From the NCBI GenBank assembly GCA_964424195.1, contig CAYRHT010000004.1, forward strand, positions 76,769 through 140,768: DNA of 64,000 nt. The letters are read 5' to 3'. Under the pieces are notes generated by a model. That model saw only the letters and a program-made list of their open reading frames with translations. It ran no database searches and was not told where the DNA came from. This DNA comes from an uncultured Gammaproteobacteria bacterium (GTDB taxonomy: Bacteria; Patescibacteriota; Patescibacteriia; UBA1558; S5-K13). The translations under genes and the position numbers were made by a program. Below are positions 38,501 to 48,072 of this stretch, piece by piece (the first letter of the stretch is position 1; each line of letters begins with the position of its first letter).

Positions 38501-41500
38501 GGAAATGAATATTAGGAGTTATCAGAATAATTTTAATATTTATGAATGTTCTGATGGAGACGCACCTCTAGAGTTAGAATATTGTAATGAGCTTAAATCT
38601 TTTAATTCTGTAGAAGCGAATACTTTTTTAGAAATAAATACTTTAGATTTTCAAGCAGGATATTGGTATCGAGGAGAGTTATTAGACGAGATTAAAGATA
38701 TAGAAGGTTCTAGTTTAAATGAATATTCTTGGTATTTTAGAATAGATCCTTATGGGGCAATATGTGAACCAGATACTTTAAATATTGAACCTAATAATTT
38801 TGTAAAGACCTATGTAGCTAATGATACTCTTACTTATACAGGATTGTTAGTTGATAGTGAAAATTGTTATGTTTGTGCTAGTGATGGTTATGATTATGAT
38901 TGGGAGAGTAGTGATACAAGTTTAGCTACTATTGCTAATAATAATACTTCAGAAACTGATGTAACTTTAAATGATTATTATAATTTTGGTAATTTAGAAA
39001 TTAGAGCTACTTCTACTTTAGATACTTTAGAGTTAGCTGATGATACAAATTTATACATCGTAGCTAATTGTTCTATTTATGAAGACTCAACAACTTGTCA
39101 TGATAGTGGAGAATGTTGTTGGGATGGAGAAACTTGTGGTTCAGATATGAGTGTTTGTGATGAAGATTGTTTAGTCTATACAGAAGTAGATACTTGTGAA
39201 GCTGATACTTGTTGTTGGGCTAACGAAGAATGTCTCTTTGAAAATAATCCAGATTGTGGTTTACCAATAGATTGTTCTATTTATGAAGACTCAAAAACCT
39301 GTCATGAGAGCGGTGAGTGTTGTTGGGATAGTGGTGATATTTACTCAACTACACCTGAAGGAGGTATTTGTAGTGATGATATGACAGCTTGTGATGAAGA
39401 TTGTTTAGTATATAAAGAAGTAGAGACTTGTGAAGCTGATGCTTGTTGTTGGGCTAATGAAGAGTGTTTATTTGAGAATAATTCAGCTTGTGATTTTGAG
39501 ATAGAAGATCCGGAAGTTGATCCAGTTCTAGATGATTTAATGATCTTATCAAATTATCCAAGAAATGAATCTTCTAATATTTGTCCTAATACTTTGATTA
39601 AAGTGGAATTTGATTTACCAGTAGATGCTGATAGCTTAGAGGGTAATATTGAGTTATTAGAGAGTTCAAGTTTTGGTTCTGCGGCAAATATTGATTTTAC
39701 CTATTCTTCTTACAGAAGATATGATGGAACTTCCGTTTTAGAAATAATTCCTCAAGGGATTTTAGATTCAACAACAATATATCAAGTTAATCTATTAGAT
39801 GGTGAAAATGGTATTAAATCTAATGAGGGTGGGGGATTATCTTGTGATAGTTCTTCTAATGGTAGTATTAATAATGGAAGATGTGATTGGAGTTTTACTA
39901 CAGCTGCTAATGTTTGTGATTTAAGTTATGTGAAAATAGTTAATCCAGTAGATAATTATTATGAATTTAATACTCCAATGATTGGAGAAACCTTTATTGC
40001 TGAAGCTAGAACAATTTCTGGAGATCCAATAGTATCAGTAGCTGGAGTCTATGATTGGCAATGGAAGTGGGAATCTTTTGATGAATCATTAGTGACTTTA
40101 GCAGGAGATAATTCTGATTCTGTTTTAGTTATGCCAGCTAATAATAATGGTACAACAATAGTTGAAGTTAATGCTCTTCAAATTCCATCAGAATCAATTT
40201 GTAATGATTATAGTCAGGCAAGTTGTGAAATTAATTCTTGTTGTTGGGTAGATGGTGTTTGTAGTGCAAATCTAGAAACTTGTGAAGAAAATTTATTAAG
40301 TTTTGCTGGTAAATCTGGTTACAAGGGAATAACTTTGAGTGATGAAGTAGAAGTTGAATTATTTATGTGTGAAAATTCTTGGGCATTTGAAGATAGAAAT
40401 TTTAATTTTAAGTTTAAATATTGTCGAGATGGAGGACTACCTTATTTAGCAGATTCTTTAGAAAATGGTTTGATTATAAATGATTTTGAAGCGGTAGAGG
40501 GAGAAGATTCTTTATTAAGAGAATATATATTTAAATATATACCTGATCCTAATCAACAGGCTAATTCAGGAAATTATAATTTAGTAGATGCTAAATCAAA
40601 TAATAGTCTTATGTCAGAAGTAGGAATTTCTGGTTTAGCAGATAATCAATTAGGATTTAAATTCTTGTCTAAAATATTTAGAGGAGCTGTTTCTTATTTT
40701 TCTAATAATAGAGTTTTGGCAGCCACTCCATCAGGTCAAGGAATTTTACCAAACGATATCTTGGGTTTAAGAATATATCAGAACAAGAATCATTATTCTC
40801 CTATTGCTTGGTATTCTTCTACTAATGTAGTTAATTTTAAAGGTTCACCAAATCCTATTTCGATAAATGGTTATCAAGGTCTTAAAGATGGTCGAACCAC
40901 TTATGTTAATGCTGCTAACAAAGTAGATAATAGTATTTATACAAACATTTCCTTAATTTCTCATAATCAAGATGCTATCTTAGAAACTGTAAATATATTT
41001 AATCAGTTAGTAGATAATTGGAAGTTTAATATTAATATGCGTCCTGATTCTAAATCTCAACTAATTGAAGATGTTCAAAGATGGGAAGATTTAAGAAGAA
41101 TGGAAAGTAATTTAGATAATTATGCTGCTCAGAATAAATATTGTGCTTATGTTTCTGATCCTGTGGCTGGAGCTTGTGGTACCTATCCAATTCAATATTA
41201 TCATTTTGATTTAAATGGTAACAAGACTATTGATTCAGCAGAATGCTATAACGTTTCTGCAACAAAATCATGTAGTAGTGACTCTGAATGTCAGAATAAT
41301 GATATGGGTTATGATCAGTGTGTAGGTGTTTATCCAGAGCTTAATGAAGGAACTTATGTTCAAGGAATATCAACTTCTGCTTGGCCTTCTTGGAATTCTA
41401 CTTTGGCTAATCAAATGGGAACCTCTTTACCAATTGATCCTGTAAATGAATTTAATTCTTGTAGTGCTTCTTATGATCAGCAAACTTGTTGGGATGTTGA

Positions 41501-44500
41501 AGGACAGACATTCTCTTGTCCAAGAGATTCACATATTTATTATTATCAAGCAAGTAATAGTAATAATATAGATAAAAGAGCTTTAAGTTTTAATTTATAC
41601 AGTTTATTTAATTTTAATACTAAGAATGATAGTTATTGGAATGGTAGTGGTATAAATAGGACTTTTAATTCAGCAATTAATAGTTTTAATAGTCTTAACT
41701 TAAATAATTATGATGTTTGTAATGATCAAGTTTCAGCTACTTGTGGAAACGGTATTAAGGAATTAGGAGAAGAGTGTGAGTACGGTCAAACATTATCTTT
41801 GTGCAGTAACATTACCCATAGAGGATATTATAATCCTACTGAAGTTGGTTGTCGTTATGATTGTCAGTGGCCAGCTCATATCAATGATCCAGAAGATTGT
41901 TTAAGTTGTGGAGATGGTGTATTTAGTCCAGAATATGGAGAAGTTTGTGAACTTGGTCAATCAGAGATGTTCTGTGAAGACAGTTGGAATCCTCAAGAAG
42001 TTTCTTGTGTTGCTTGTCAGTGGCCAGATTTAGATGAATGTGAATATTGTGGAGATGGTGTTTGTGATATTGATCTTGATAATAATGGTGTTCCTTTTGA
42101 AGGAAGTGATCCAGGAGAAGATAATTTTTGTTATCAAGATTGTGAAGATGGATGTGGTGATGGTATTTGTGATCATGAGTTTGAAGATGCTTATTCTTGC
42201 TATATTGATTGTGGTGATTGTGGTGATGAAATAGTATCTGGCTGGGAGGAATGCGATTTGAATATTGGTGAAGAATGTTTAGCTGGTGATTATGGTGGAC
42301 ATTATCAATGCATAAATAGTGGAGATGATGAATGTACTTGGTCTGATGAATGTACTCCAGATGGTAATTGTGGTGACGGAGTTGTAAATGGTAATGAATT
42401 ATGTGAAATTAATGATATTGGTCCACAGTGTGAGAGAAATACGGATGCTTATTGGGGTAATCGGGAATGTATTGTTACTACTGAAACTCAACCATATAAT
42501 TCAGAAGATTGTTTTTGGCATCTTAATACAGAAGAGGATAATATTTGGTGTCCAACAGATGAATCATGTGGTGACGGAGCTATTAATGGTCTTGAAGAAT
42601 GTGACGATGGAAATAATGCAAATGAAGATGGTTGTGATTCTAATTGTTTATTAGAATGTGGTAATGGTGAGATTGAGCCTTTAGAAGAATGTGACGATGG
42701 AAATAATGTAAATGAAGATGGTTGTGATTCTAATTGTTTGTTTGAATGTGGTAATAGTCAACATGAATATTGGGAAGTTTGTGACGAAGGATCTTATAAT
42801 AACGATGATTGCTCTCCTTATTATCAATTTGAACAATCTGGACATACTTATTGTCAGACTGATTGTTTGTCTGAGTGTACGGTACAAGGTAATTATTGTG
42901 GTGATGGAATTGTTCAATCTTCTTATGAGGACTGTGATACTCCTGGTTTATTAGAAATTTATACAGAGAAGAAGATGGAGATAGTATTTATTTTTGATAT
43001 GACTTCTAGTATGGGTGATGCTGCAACTGAATTATGTGGTGCTTTAGGGTCTGTAGCGTCAGATTTATATGAAAGAAAAGAAAACAATGAAATACAAGAT
43101 TATAAAATTACAGTTATGACATTGGGTGATTTAGAAGATGGAATTTTGAATAATAATCCTAATGATAACATTATTAGGACTGATGGTAATAATCCTTTGG
43201 TGTTTAATAATTTAGTTACTAATTGTGGAGTTTATCAAAATCTTAATAATTCATCTTATCCAGAATATGATAATATATCATATGCGAGTTTTTGGGATAA
43301 TGATAATAATAATTTAAATATTAATTTACCATCAGATGATAGTGAATGGTTTAATAATCTTTGTGGCCCAAATGGTCAAGGAGATACACAAGAGCATTGG
43401 GGATATGCAGTTGAAAAAGTAGCAACAAATTATAATTGGGAAAATGATTATCAAAGAATAATTATACCAGTTAGTGATGAGGCTGCTTATTGTGGAAATG
43501 ATTTTAATGATTATGATGATTATGATGAATCGACTTCTAATGGTAATGCATTGGATGGTTGGAATTTTACGGAAATATTAGTAGATACTGTTAACGCTTG
43601 TAATAATTCTGATCAACAAATTTATTTAAATCCCGTATTAATAAATACTGAACTTGCTGGTTTGTATTATAGCGGTCATCCTAGTTATAATGTAGCACAG
43701 GCAATTGCTGATGATACCGGAGGTGTTTTTAATAATACTACAGATAATTGGGCAGAAAGTATTATAAGTCTTGTTGATCACCTTTTCTGTGATGGTAATG
43801 GTGATGGTTATATGGATTGTTTTTTTAGTGGTGATATTCAAGATGTATGTACTTCCTGGACTTATTCAGCATGGAGTGAGTGTATAAATGGTCAACAAAC
43901 AAGAAGTATTCTTTCTTCTTCTCCAGATGACTGTATTAATGGAAATTCTATTTTAACTCAAAATTGTGACGTGTGCGTTTCCTGGACTTATTCAGCATGG
44001 AGTGAGTGTATAAATGGTCAACAAACAAGAGAGGTTTTAACTTCTTATCCATATAATTGTATTGATGGAGATCCTGTTTTAACTCAAAATTGTGCCGGAG
44101 AGGACGAATGTGCAAATAACTATGTTACAAATGGTAATTTTTCATCTGGTTTTAATTGTTGGAATTCAAGTACAAATTTTGAGAATATGAATACTGATAA
44201 TAATATATTTGAAGTAAATATTATTGGTGGAGGGAGTAATAATATGTATTTTTCATATGATAATTTTCTTTTTATAGAAGGTGAAACATATAAATTATCT
44301 TTTGATTATGATACAACATCTGATCTTGTGCTTGGAGTTAGTAGTGTTTCTGGTTCTTCTATGCCTATTGGTGTAATGAGTTCTTATTGTACTGTTGATA
44401 GTTGTGAGTGGATTTTTACAGCATCTTCTCAGCAATTCCTATTTTCATTCCCACCAAATGTAAATAATCAGACAATGCATTTAGATAATATTGAGATTGT

Positions 44501-44516
44501 CCATATACCCGATTAA
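35526..44516 (+). CDS. Giant (2996 aa) pilin-anchored surface protein with Ig-like, IPT/TIG-like, Cys-rich (DUF4215-like), vWA-like and TSP1-like modules
   Basis: N-terminal pilin module; CGNG/CGDG...EECDDGN repeats; IVFIFDMTSSM MIDAS-like motif; WTYSAWSECING.QTR repeats; very acidic. Confidence 0.85.
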   Translation: MIKKKKNIFRLLTLSMIGIFALPLVSFAQILVPQVAGLGTADIKTVAGTLIQVFLGLLGLIALVIVLVAGFKWMTSGGNEEKVSEAKKMLIAGVIGLVIIMASYVITSFILDSIQGAIDGPGEDDQTCSVGVCYTCNRCDSDGDLIYDNTCPGCNNSIADFNFRTNWYSPQSNNVSLCSMIQIKFNANLDQDYFNDNIKPGSTPIGTSQSQSLFHFYECLEYADNQCVKVSDDLVENSSQFTINENILQFRLGEDYAEDTYYVVDLPLKGIKQEGESKYLSNNLTWTFKTGKETDINPPTVINVFPGPEGEVCLNSYIEIEFSEDMDLNSLKDLEAFRLYENIPDNLSDIEFLHSVQNDKLIVHPDRNYNLNHNYFPVLNGDVIKDTCGNLLDGDFDGKSEYAPTDDYPTNGPSVAWNFKTGENEYCQPQITGVTSETYYDDDSPLTITGHYLSGGTTLVFNDDLVIDENSNLCLNDSYWPDDLCAAGTWEVNEINTFIPADGGDSFGVIAEKPSIKIQTDQGSTEENFALLSPRIVKISPDRGGKGQYISVLGNNFDEFQDINFAESKIFFRSESDEYLEADLPCDKEGWKNNSIVITAPEGLEVNSSYRIQIKKVLVNDVEYWSNLGDYYYNEEDAGPGLCSINKETIEYEDEFILDGFKLGDSNIERRVVLGDDYNSTSAPTINWGDPVDGQDTRVVAQAPNLASADDIGVRVAVEIDGELRFSNYLNVDVLSDFSDQFYISYISPEVASVGEYITIYGSGFGNSQGDQTVRFYNNTFTWPEGDFNFPEACSSVYWQDDQIIVKVPEIFTTLPFESQIKVVNDQIETAAVAVEIDDEDPAPSICSVNPELGTLGDELEIIGEYLNDVDWLTFAYETDDALDIRPNSTNKGVVEVSVPETNTGLISAHNTSGYGNTWNFEYQKVEEGPAEEWDFYGWEFTTCTQCESPRVRVQSCDAELKFSPSPAPGNKFVPLGSNVYIEFEYQDEDPAEMNIRSYQNNFNIYECSDGDAPLELEYCNELKSFNSVEANTFLEINTLDFQAGYWYRGELLDEIKDIEGSSLNEYSWYFRIDPYGAICEPDTLNIEPNNFVKTYVANDTLTYTGLLVDSENCYVCASDGYDYDWESSDTSLATIANNNTSETDVTLNDYYNFGNLEIRATSTLDTLELADDTNLYIVANCSIYEDSTTCHDSGECCWDGETCGSDMSVCDEDCLVYTEVDTCEADTCCWANEECLFENNPDCGLPIDCSIYEDSKTCHESGECCWDSGDIYSTTPEGGICSDDMTACDEDCLVYKEVETCEADACCWANEECLFENNSACDFEIEDPEVDPVLDDLMILSNYPRNESSNICPNTLIKVEFDLPVDADSLEGNIELLESSSFGSAANIDFTYSSYRRYDGTSVLEIIPQGILDSTTIYQVNLLDGENGIKSNEGGGLSCDSSSNGSINNGRCDWSFTTAANVCDLSYVKIVNPVDNYYEFNTPMIGETFIAEARTISGDPIVSVAGVYDWQWKWESFDESLVTLAGDNSDSVLVMPANNNGTTIVEVNALQIPSESICNDYSQASCEINSCCWVDGVCSANLETCEENLLSFAGKSGYKGITLSDEVEVELFMCENSWAFEDRNFNFKFKYCRDGGLPYLADSLENGLIINDFEAVEGEDSLLREYIFKYIPDPNQQANSGNYNLVDAKSNNSLMSEVGISGLADNQLGFKFLSKIFRGAVSYFSNNRVLAATPSGQGILPNDILGLRIYQNKNHYSPIAWYSSTNVVNFKGSPNPISINGYQGLKDGRTTYVNAANKVDNSIYTNISLISHNQDAILETVNIFNQLVDNWKFNINMRPDSKSQLIEDVQRWEDLRRMESNLDNYAAQNKYCAYVSDPVAGACGTYPIQYYHFDLNGNKTIDSAECYNVSATKSCSSDSECQNNDMGYDQCVGVYPELNEGTYVQGISTSAWPSWNSTLANQMGTSLPIDPVNEFNSCSASYDQQTCWDVEGQTFSCPRDSHIYYYQASNSNNIDKRALSFNLYSLFNFNTKNDSYWNGSGINRTFNSAINSFNSLNLNNYDVCNDQVSATCGNGIKELGEECEYGQTLSLCSNITHRGYYNPTEVGCRYDCQWPAHINDPEDCLSCGDGVFSPEYGEVCELGQSEMFCEDSWNPQEVSCVACQWPDLDECEYCGDGVCDIDLDNNGVPFEGSDPGEDNFCYQDCEDGCGDGICDHEFEDAYSCYIDCGDCGDEIVSGWEECDLNIGEECLAGDYGGHYQCINSGDDECTWSDECTPDGNCGDGVVNGNELCEINDIGPQCERNTDAYWGNRECIVTTETQPYNSEDCFWHLNTEEDNIWCPTDESCGDGAINGLEECDDGNNANEDGCDSNCLLECGNGEIEPLEECDDGNNVNEDGCDSNCLFECGNSQHEYWEVCDEGSYNNDDCSPYYQFEQSGHTYCQTDCLSECTVQGNYCGDGIVQSSYEDCDTPGLLEIYTEKKMEIVFIFDMTSSMGDAATELCGALGSVASDLYERKENNEIQDYKITVMTLGDLEDGILNNNPNDNIIRTDGNNPLVFNNLVTNCGVYQNLNNSSYPEYDNISYASFWDNDNNNLNINLPSDDSEWFNNLCGPNGQGDTQEHWGYAVEKVATNYNWENDYQRIIIPVSDEAAYCGNDFNDYDDYDESTSNGNALDGWNFTEILVDTVNACNNSDQQIYLNPVLINTELAGLYYSGHPSYNVAQAIADDTGGVFNNTTDNWAESIISLVDHLFCDGNGDGYMDCFFSGDIQDVCTSWTYSAWSECINGQQTRSILSSSPDDCINGNSILTQNCDVCVSWTYSAWSECINGQQTREVLTSYPYNCIDGDPVLTQNCAGEDECANNYVTNGNFSSGFNCWNSSTNFENMNTDNNIFEVNIIGGGSNNMYFSYDNFLFIEGETYKLSFDYDTTSDLVLGVSSVSGSSMPIGVMSSYCTVDSCEWIFTASSQQFLFSFPPNVNNQTMHLDNIEIVHIPD
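39067..39492 (+). repeat. Intragenic duplicated Cys-rich unit (39067-39257 and 39271-39492)
   Basis: CSIYEDS.TCH.SGECCWD...CDEDCLVY.EV.TCEAD.CCWANEECLFENN occurs twice. Confidence 0.9.
42594..42755 (+). repeat. Intragenic tandem repeat with 90-bp period
   Basis: EECDDGNN.NEDGCDSNCL.ECGN twice with near-identical DNA. Confidence 0.9.
43853..44030 (+). repeat. Exact 52-bp intragenic repeat (43853-43904, 43979-44030)
   Basis: ttcctggacttattcagcatggagtgagtgtataaatggtcaacaaacaaga twice, period 126. Confidence 0.92.
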
Positions 44517-44586
44517 TTTGAATAATAATATTTATATTCTTATTTTTTTATGTTATAATTAAATCACTAATCAATTAGTGATTTTT

Positions 44587-45780
44587 ATGTTTGAAGATCA
44601 AGACTTACAAAATAAAAAAGAGGATAATACTTTGAACAATAAAGTAGTTCAAAAGGATAATCAAGCTCAGACATCTTATCAAGATAAATTACGTGATAAC
44701 AAAATTGCGGAAGATATTTTTGAAGATGCAGATAAGATACCTGCTGTTGATCAGAAGGTTATAAAGTCAGGTAATGTTCAAGATCCTAGCATCTCTCCAG
44801 TACAGCCTTTAACAGACTATCAAGATCTAGTACAAGAGAGTCAAAATTTAAAAAGTGATAAAATTAAGCCACGGTATTTTATGATTGGTTTAGCAGTTAT
44901 TTTGATTATAATTTCTTGGTTTGGATTTTGGATTTATAAACAATTCTTTACTGGAACTAGAGAAACTGGAGAGGTAATATTAAATACAGAGTCAGAAGAG
45001 ATTAATTTAGATAGCATTTCTGATGAAAATGACAAAATAATAGAAGAAGGTATTAATGTAAATTCTAGTGCTATTTCTAATGATATTGATGGAGATGGTC
45101 TAAGCAATGAAGAGGAAGAAATATTAGGAACAGATCTTAAGAGTTCAGATACAGATAATGATGGTTTATCTGATCGAGAGGAAGTAAAAATATATCATAC
45201 TGATCCGCTTAATGAAGATTCTGATTCAGATACTTATTTAGATGGAGAAGAAGTTGAGAATGGTTACAATCCTTTAGGTAGTGGTAAGTTATTTGATTTT
45301 AGTTTAATCACCGATGAATCTTCTGAAGAAATAGAAACAACTATTAAAGAATTAATAAAGCCAAATATTGATACTAGTGATTGGTCTAGTTTTGGAACAA
45401 GAGTTTTTAATTTGAGTTTTCAGTATCCATTTGATTGGAGTATTAATGAACTGGAGGATAAAGTTGTTATCAGTCCCCTGGATGATCAAATTAGTGATTA
45501 TATAGAGATTGAAGTAAGAGATAATATATTTCAACTTGATTTAGTGGACTGGTTAAGTACTCAAGAAGATTATCCAGACTTTACTCAAGATCAATTAAAA
45601 ATAAATGAAGATCTTGGCTTGGTTGTTAATAGTGATAATCCAGATTGGAAGTTTATAAGTTCAATGTTTATTAGTCGAGGAAGTAAAGTGTATAATTTTA
45701 ATCTATTTAGTGAAAATGATACTAGTGATGGTTTTAATATATTTCAAGCAGTTGTTTTATTAACTGAATTTGGAATTTAA
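44587..45780 (+). CDS. Single-pass membrane protein with TSP3-like Ca-binding repeats and a PsbP-like C-terminus
   Basis: TM segment; DIDGDGLSNEEE..LGTD, DTDNDGLSD.EE; SFQYPFDW. Confidence 0.75.
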   Translation: MFEDQDLQNKKEDNTLNNKVVQKDNQAQTSYQDKLRDNKIAEDIFEDADKIPAVDQKVIKSGNVQDPSISPVQPLTDYQDLVQESQNLKSDKIKPRYFMIGLAVILIIISWFGFWIYKQFFTGTRETGEVILNTESEEINLDSISDENDKIIEEGINVNSSAISNDIDGDGLSNEEEEILGTDLKSSDTDNDGLSDREEVKIYHTDPLNEDSDSDTYLDGEEVENGYNPLGSGKLFDFSLITDESSEEIETTIKELIKPNIDTSDWSSFGTRVFNLSFQYPFDWSINELEDKVVISPLDDQISDYIEIEVRDNIFQLDLVDWLSTQEDYPDFTQDQLKINEDLGLVVNSDNPDWKFISSMFISRGSKVYNFNLFSENDTSDGFNIFQAVVLLTEFGI

Positions 45781-45805
45781 TAAATTTATATGAATTTTAA
45801 ATAGT

Positions 45806-47197
45806 ATGTTTAATGAAAAAGCTCCGGCAACAAATAATAATCAAGAAGGGGAAAGACTTATTGTAAATGAATCTAATGAGGTTTATGATCGAGCTTTTGA
45901 TTCTCCTAGTTCTAATCAAAAAGAACAGAAGAATGATTCTTTACAACAAGTTCCAAATACTCAAGAAGTTTCTTTAGAAAAAAGAGAATTGAAGATAAAA
46001 GATTCTGACATTCACCATATGCCAGATAAATTTCTGAAACCAGAAGGAAAACCCAAAAAAGAGAAAAATATTTTTATAATCCTAGGAATTATTTTAGGAG
46101 TGATAGTGATCGGAATAGTTGCTGCTTTTGCTTTCTTTGCTTTACAGGGAGGAGAGGTGCCCGAGAATAATGAAGTTTTAAATCTGAATGAGAATATTAC
46201 TCCTAGTGAAGAAATGGAAGCTATTGATTCTGAGGAAATGAACTTAGTGACAGCCCAGGGAAGAGATGAAAAAAGAATAAAAGATATTTTAGATATTAGA
46301 AGTGCTTTATCATTTTATTATCAAGACATTGAAAAATATCCTTACCAATTATCTAGTTTAAAAAAATATTTACCAGAAGTTCCTAAGAATCCCGAACCAA
46401 GAGGGGAAGATTATTATTACAAAGTAGATGATGACGGAAGTGTTTATTCTCTAACTTTTGTATTAGAAGAGGGGGTTGAACTTGATAATTTAGTTTTATC
46501 AAGTGGAAAATATGAATTAACTCCTAACTTTGGTATTAGTGCTTATATTGATATTTCCGAGCCAGAAGTAGAACCAGAAATAGTAGAACCAGAACCAGAG
46601 AATGATCCAGGGTCAGGACTATTACCAATACCAAAAATAGGTAATGATAATGATAATGATGGTTTAACTAATATAGAAGAGCTATTATTTGGTACAAAGT
46701 TTGGTCTACCAGATAGTGATTTTGATGGATACATAGATAGTGAAGAATTAATAGCCTTATATGATCCTTTGACAGACGGAGCTATGTTAATTGATAATAG
46801 TGAGATAGTAAGCGTTTATGATAATGAAATATTTAATTATTCTGTTTTATATCCAGCTAAATGGTTAGTTGAAGAAAAGACAGTTGATTTTAAAGAAGTT
46901 ATTTTTTATGATGATGAGAATGGAGACTTCTTCAAGATTCAAATAATTGATAATCCTCAAGGTTTATCAATTCAGGAATGGTATTCATATTTTTCTCCTG
47001 GTTCTAGTCTTAGTAATTTAGAGTATTTTGAAAATGGTAATTTAGTAGGAGTTAAAACAAAAGATGGACTTAATATTTATATATCTAGTGAAAATCAAGT
47101 TTATATAATTTCATATATTATAATTAATACTGAAGAATTAAATTATTCTAAAACTTTTGAAATGTTTAGTAATAGTTTTAAAATGATTGAGTCATGA
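45806..47197 (+). CDS. Single-pass membrane protein with GspG/type IV pilin-like head, TSP3-like repeats and a PsbP-like domain
   Basis: TM; RDEKRIKDILDIRSALSFYY....YP..L...YLPEVPKNP; DNDNDGLTNIEE; YSVLYPAKW. Confidence 0.72.
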   Translation: MFNEKAPATNNNQEGERLIVNESNEVYDRAFDSPSSNQKEQKNDSLQQVPNTQEVSLEKRELKIKDSDIHHMPDKFLKPEGKPKKEKNIFIILGIILGVIVIGIVAAFAFFALQGGEVPENNEVLNLNENITPSEEMEAIDSEEMNLVTAQGRDEKRIKDILDIRSALSFYYQDIEKYPYQLSSLKKYLPEVPKNPEPRGEDYYYKVDDDGSVYSLTFVLEEGVELDNLVLSSGKYELTPNFGISAYIDISEPEVEPEIVEPEPENDPGSGLLPIPKIGNDNDNDGLTNIEELLFGTKFGLPDSDFDGYIDSEELIALYDPLTDGAMLIDNSEIVSVYDNEIFNYSVLYPAKWLVEEKTVDFKEVIFYDDENGDFFKIQIIDNPQGLSIQEWYSYFSPGSSLSNLEYFENGNLVGVKTKDGLNIYISSENQVYIISYIIINTEELNYSKTFEMFSNSFKMIES

Positions 47198-47616
47198 AAA
47201 GTAATATAAATATTTTAATTAGAAGTTTTAAACTTAAAACTTGGTTTGAAAAAGTAGTTCAAAGATTAGAGAAAGTAGAGAAAATAAAATCAGATCAAAT
47301 GTCAGTAGTTATTGTAGCTGATCAGAGAATTAAAACTTTAAACAGAAAGTATCGGAAAAAGAATAAAGTTACAGATGTCTTAAGTTTTGTAGAGAGTGAT
47401 ATTAATCAGAAGTATAAATTATCAAATGATAGTTATTTAGGAGAGATATTTATTAACTTTAGACAAGCTGAGAGACAAGCCAAAGATCTGAAGACGGAAA
47501 TGTTAAATCTATTAGTACATGGATATTTACATTTACGAGGCTATACTCATGATAATGATCGAGAGATGAAAAGAATAAAAGAATTGACCGAGAAGATAAT
47601 TAAAAAGATTAAATAA
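47194..47616 (+). CDS. ybeY: rRNA maturation endoribonuclease YbeY
   Basis: LNRKYR, TDVLSF, LGEIFI, HGYLHLRGYTH. Confidence 0.95.
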   Translation: MKSNINILIRSFKLKTWFEKVVQRLEKVEKIKSDQMSVVIVADQRIKTLNRKYRKKNKVTDVLSFVESDINQKYKLSNDSYLGEIFINFRQAERQAKDLKTEMLNLLVHGYLHLRGYTHDNDREMKRIKELTEKIIKKIK

Positions 47617-47620
47617 TAAA

Positions 47621-48001
47621 ATGAATCTCTTTAGTGTTAAAAGATTTTTAAGAAGTTTGAAGTGTGCTAGTAGAGGATTAGTTTCAGTCTACAAAACAGA
47701 ACAGAATTTTCGTTTTCAAATATTAATTTCTATAGTTGTTTTGATTGCTATGTTGGGTTTTGGAGTTACTAGAAAAGAAGCAGTTTTATTAATTCTAATG
47801 ATAGCTTTTGTTTTAGTGATGGAGATTATTAATTCTGTTTTTGAAAAGATTTCAGACATGATGAAACCACGAATTCATGTTTATGCTAAGCTGATTAAAG
47901 ATATTATGTCTGGTGCAGTTTTAATTACAGCTTTAGTATCATTAGCAATTGGATTAATAATTTTCATACCTTATTTTATAAATTTATTCAATAATTTTTA
48001 A
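47621..48001 (+). CDS. dgkA: Diacylglycerol/undecaprenol kinase family protein
   Basis: EQNFR, E.INS.FE...D, AK..KD..SGAVL; follows ybeY. Confidence 0.9.
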   Translation: MNLFSVKRFLRSLKCASRGLVSVYKTEQNFRFQILISIVVLIAMLGFGVTRKEAVLLILMIAFVLVMEIINSVFEKISDMMKPRIHVYAKLIKDIMSGAVLITALVSLAIGLIIFIPYFINLFNNF

Positions 48002-48072
48002 TTTAACAATTCATTGTTTTTAGGCTATAATTAAGGCAATGAAATTAATATTTTCTTAATTTTTATAATATT

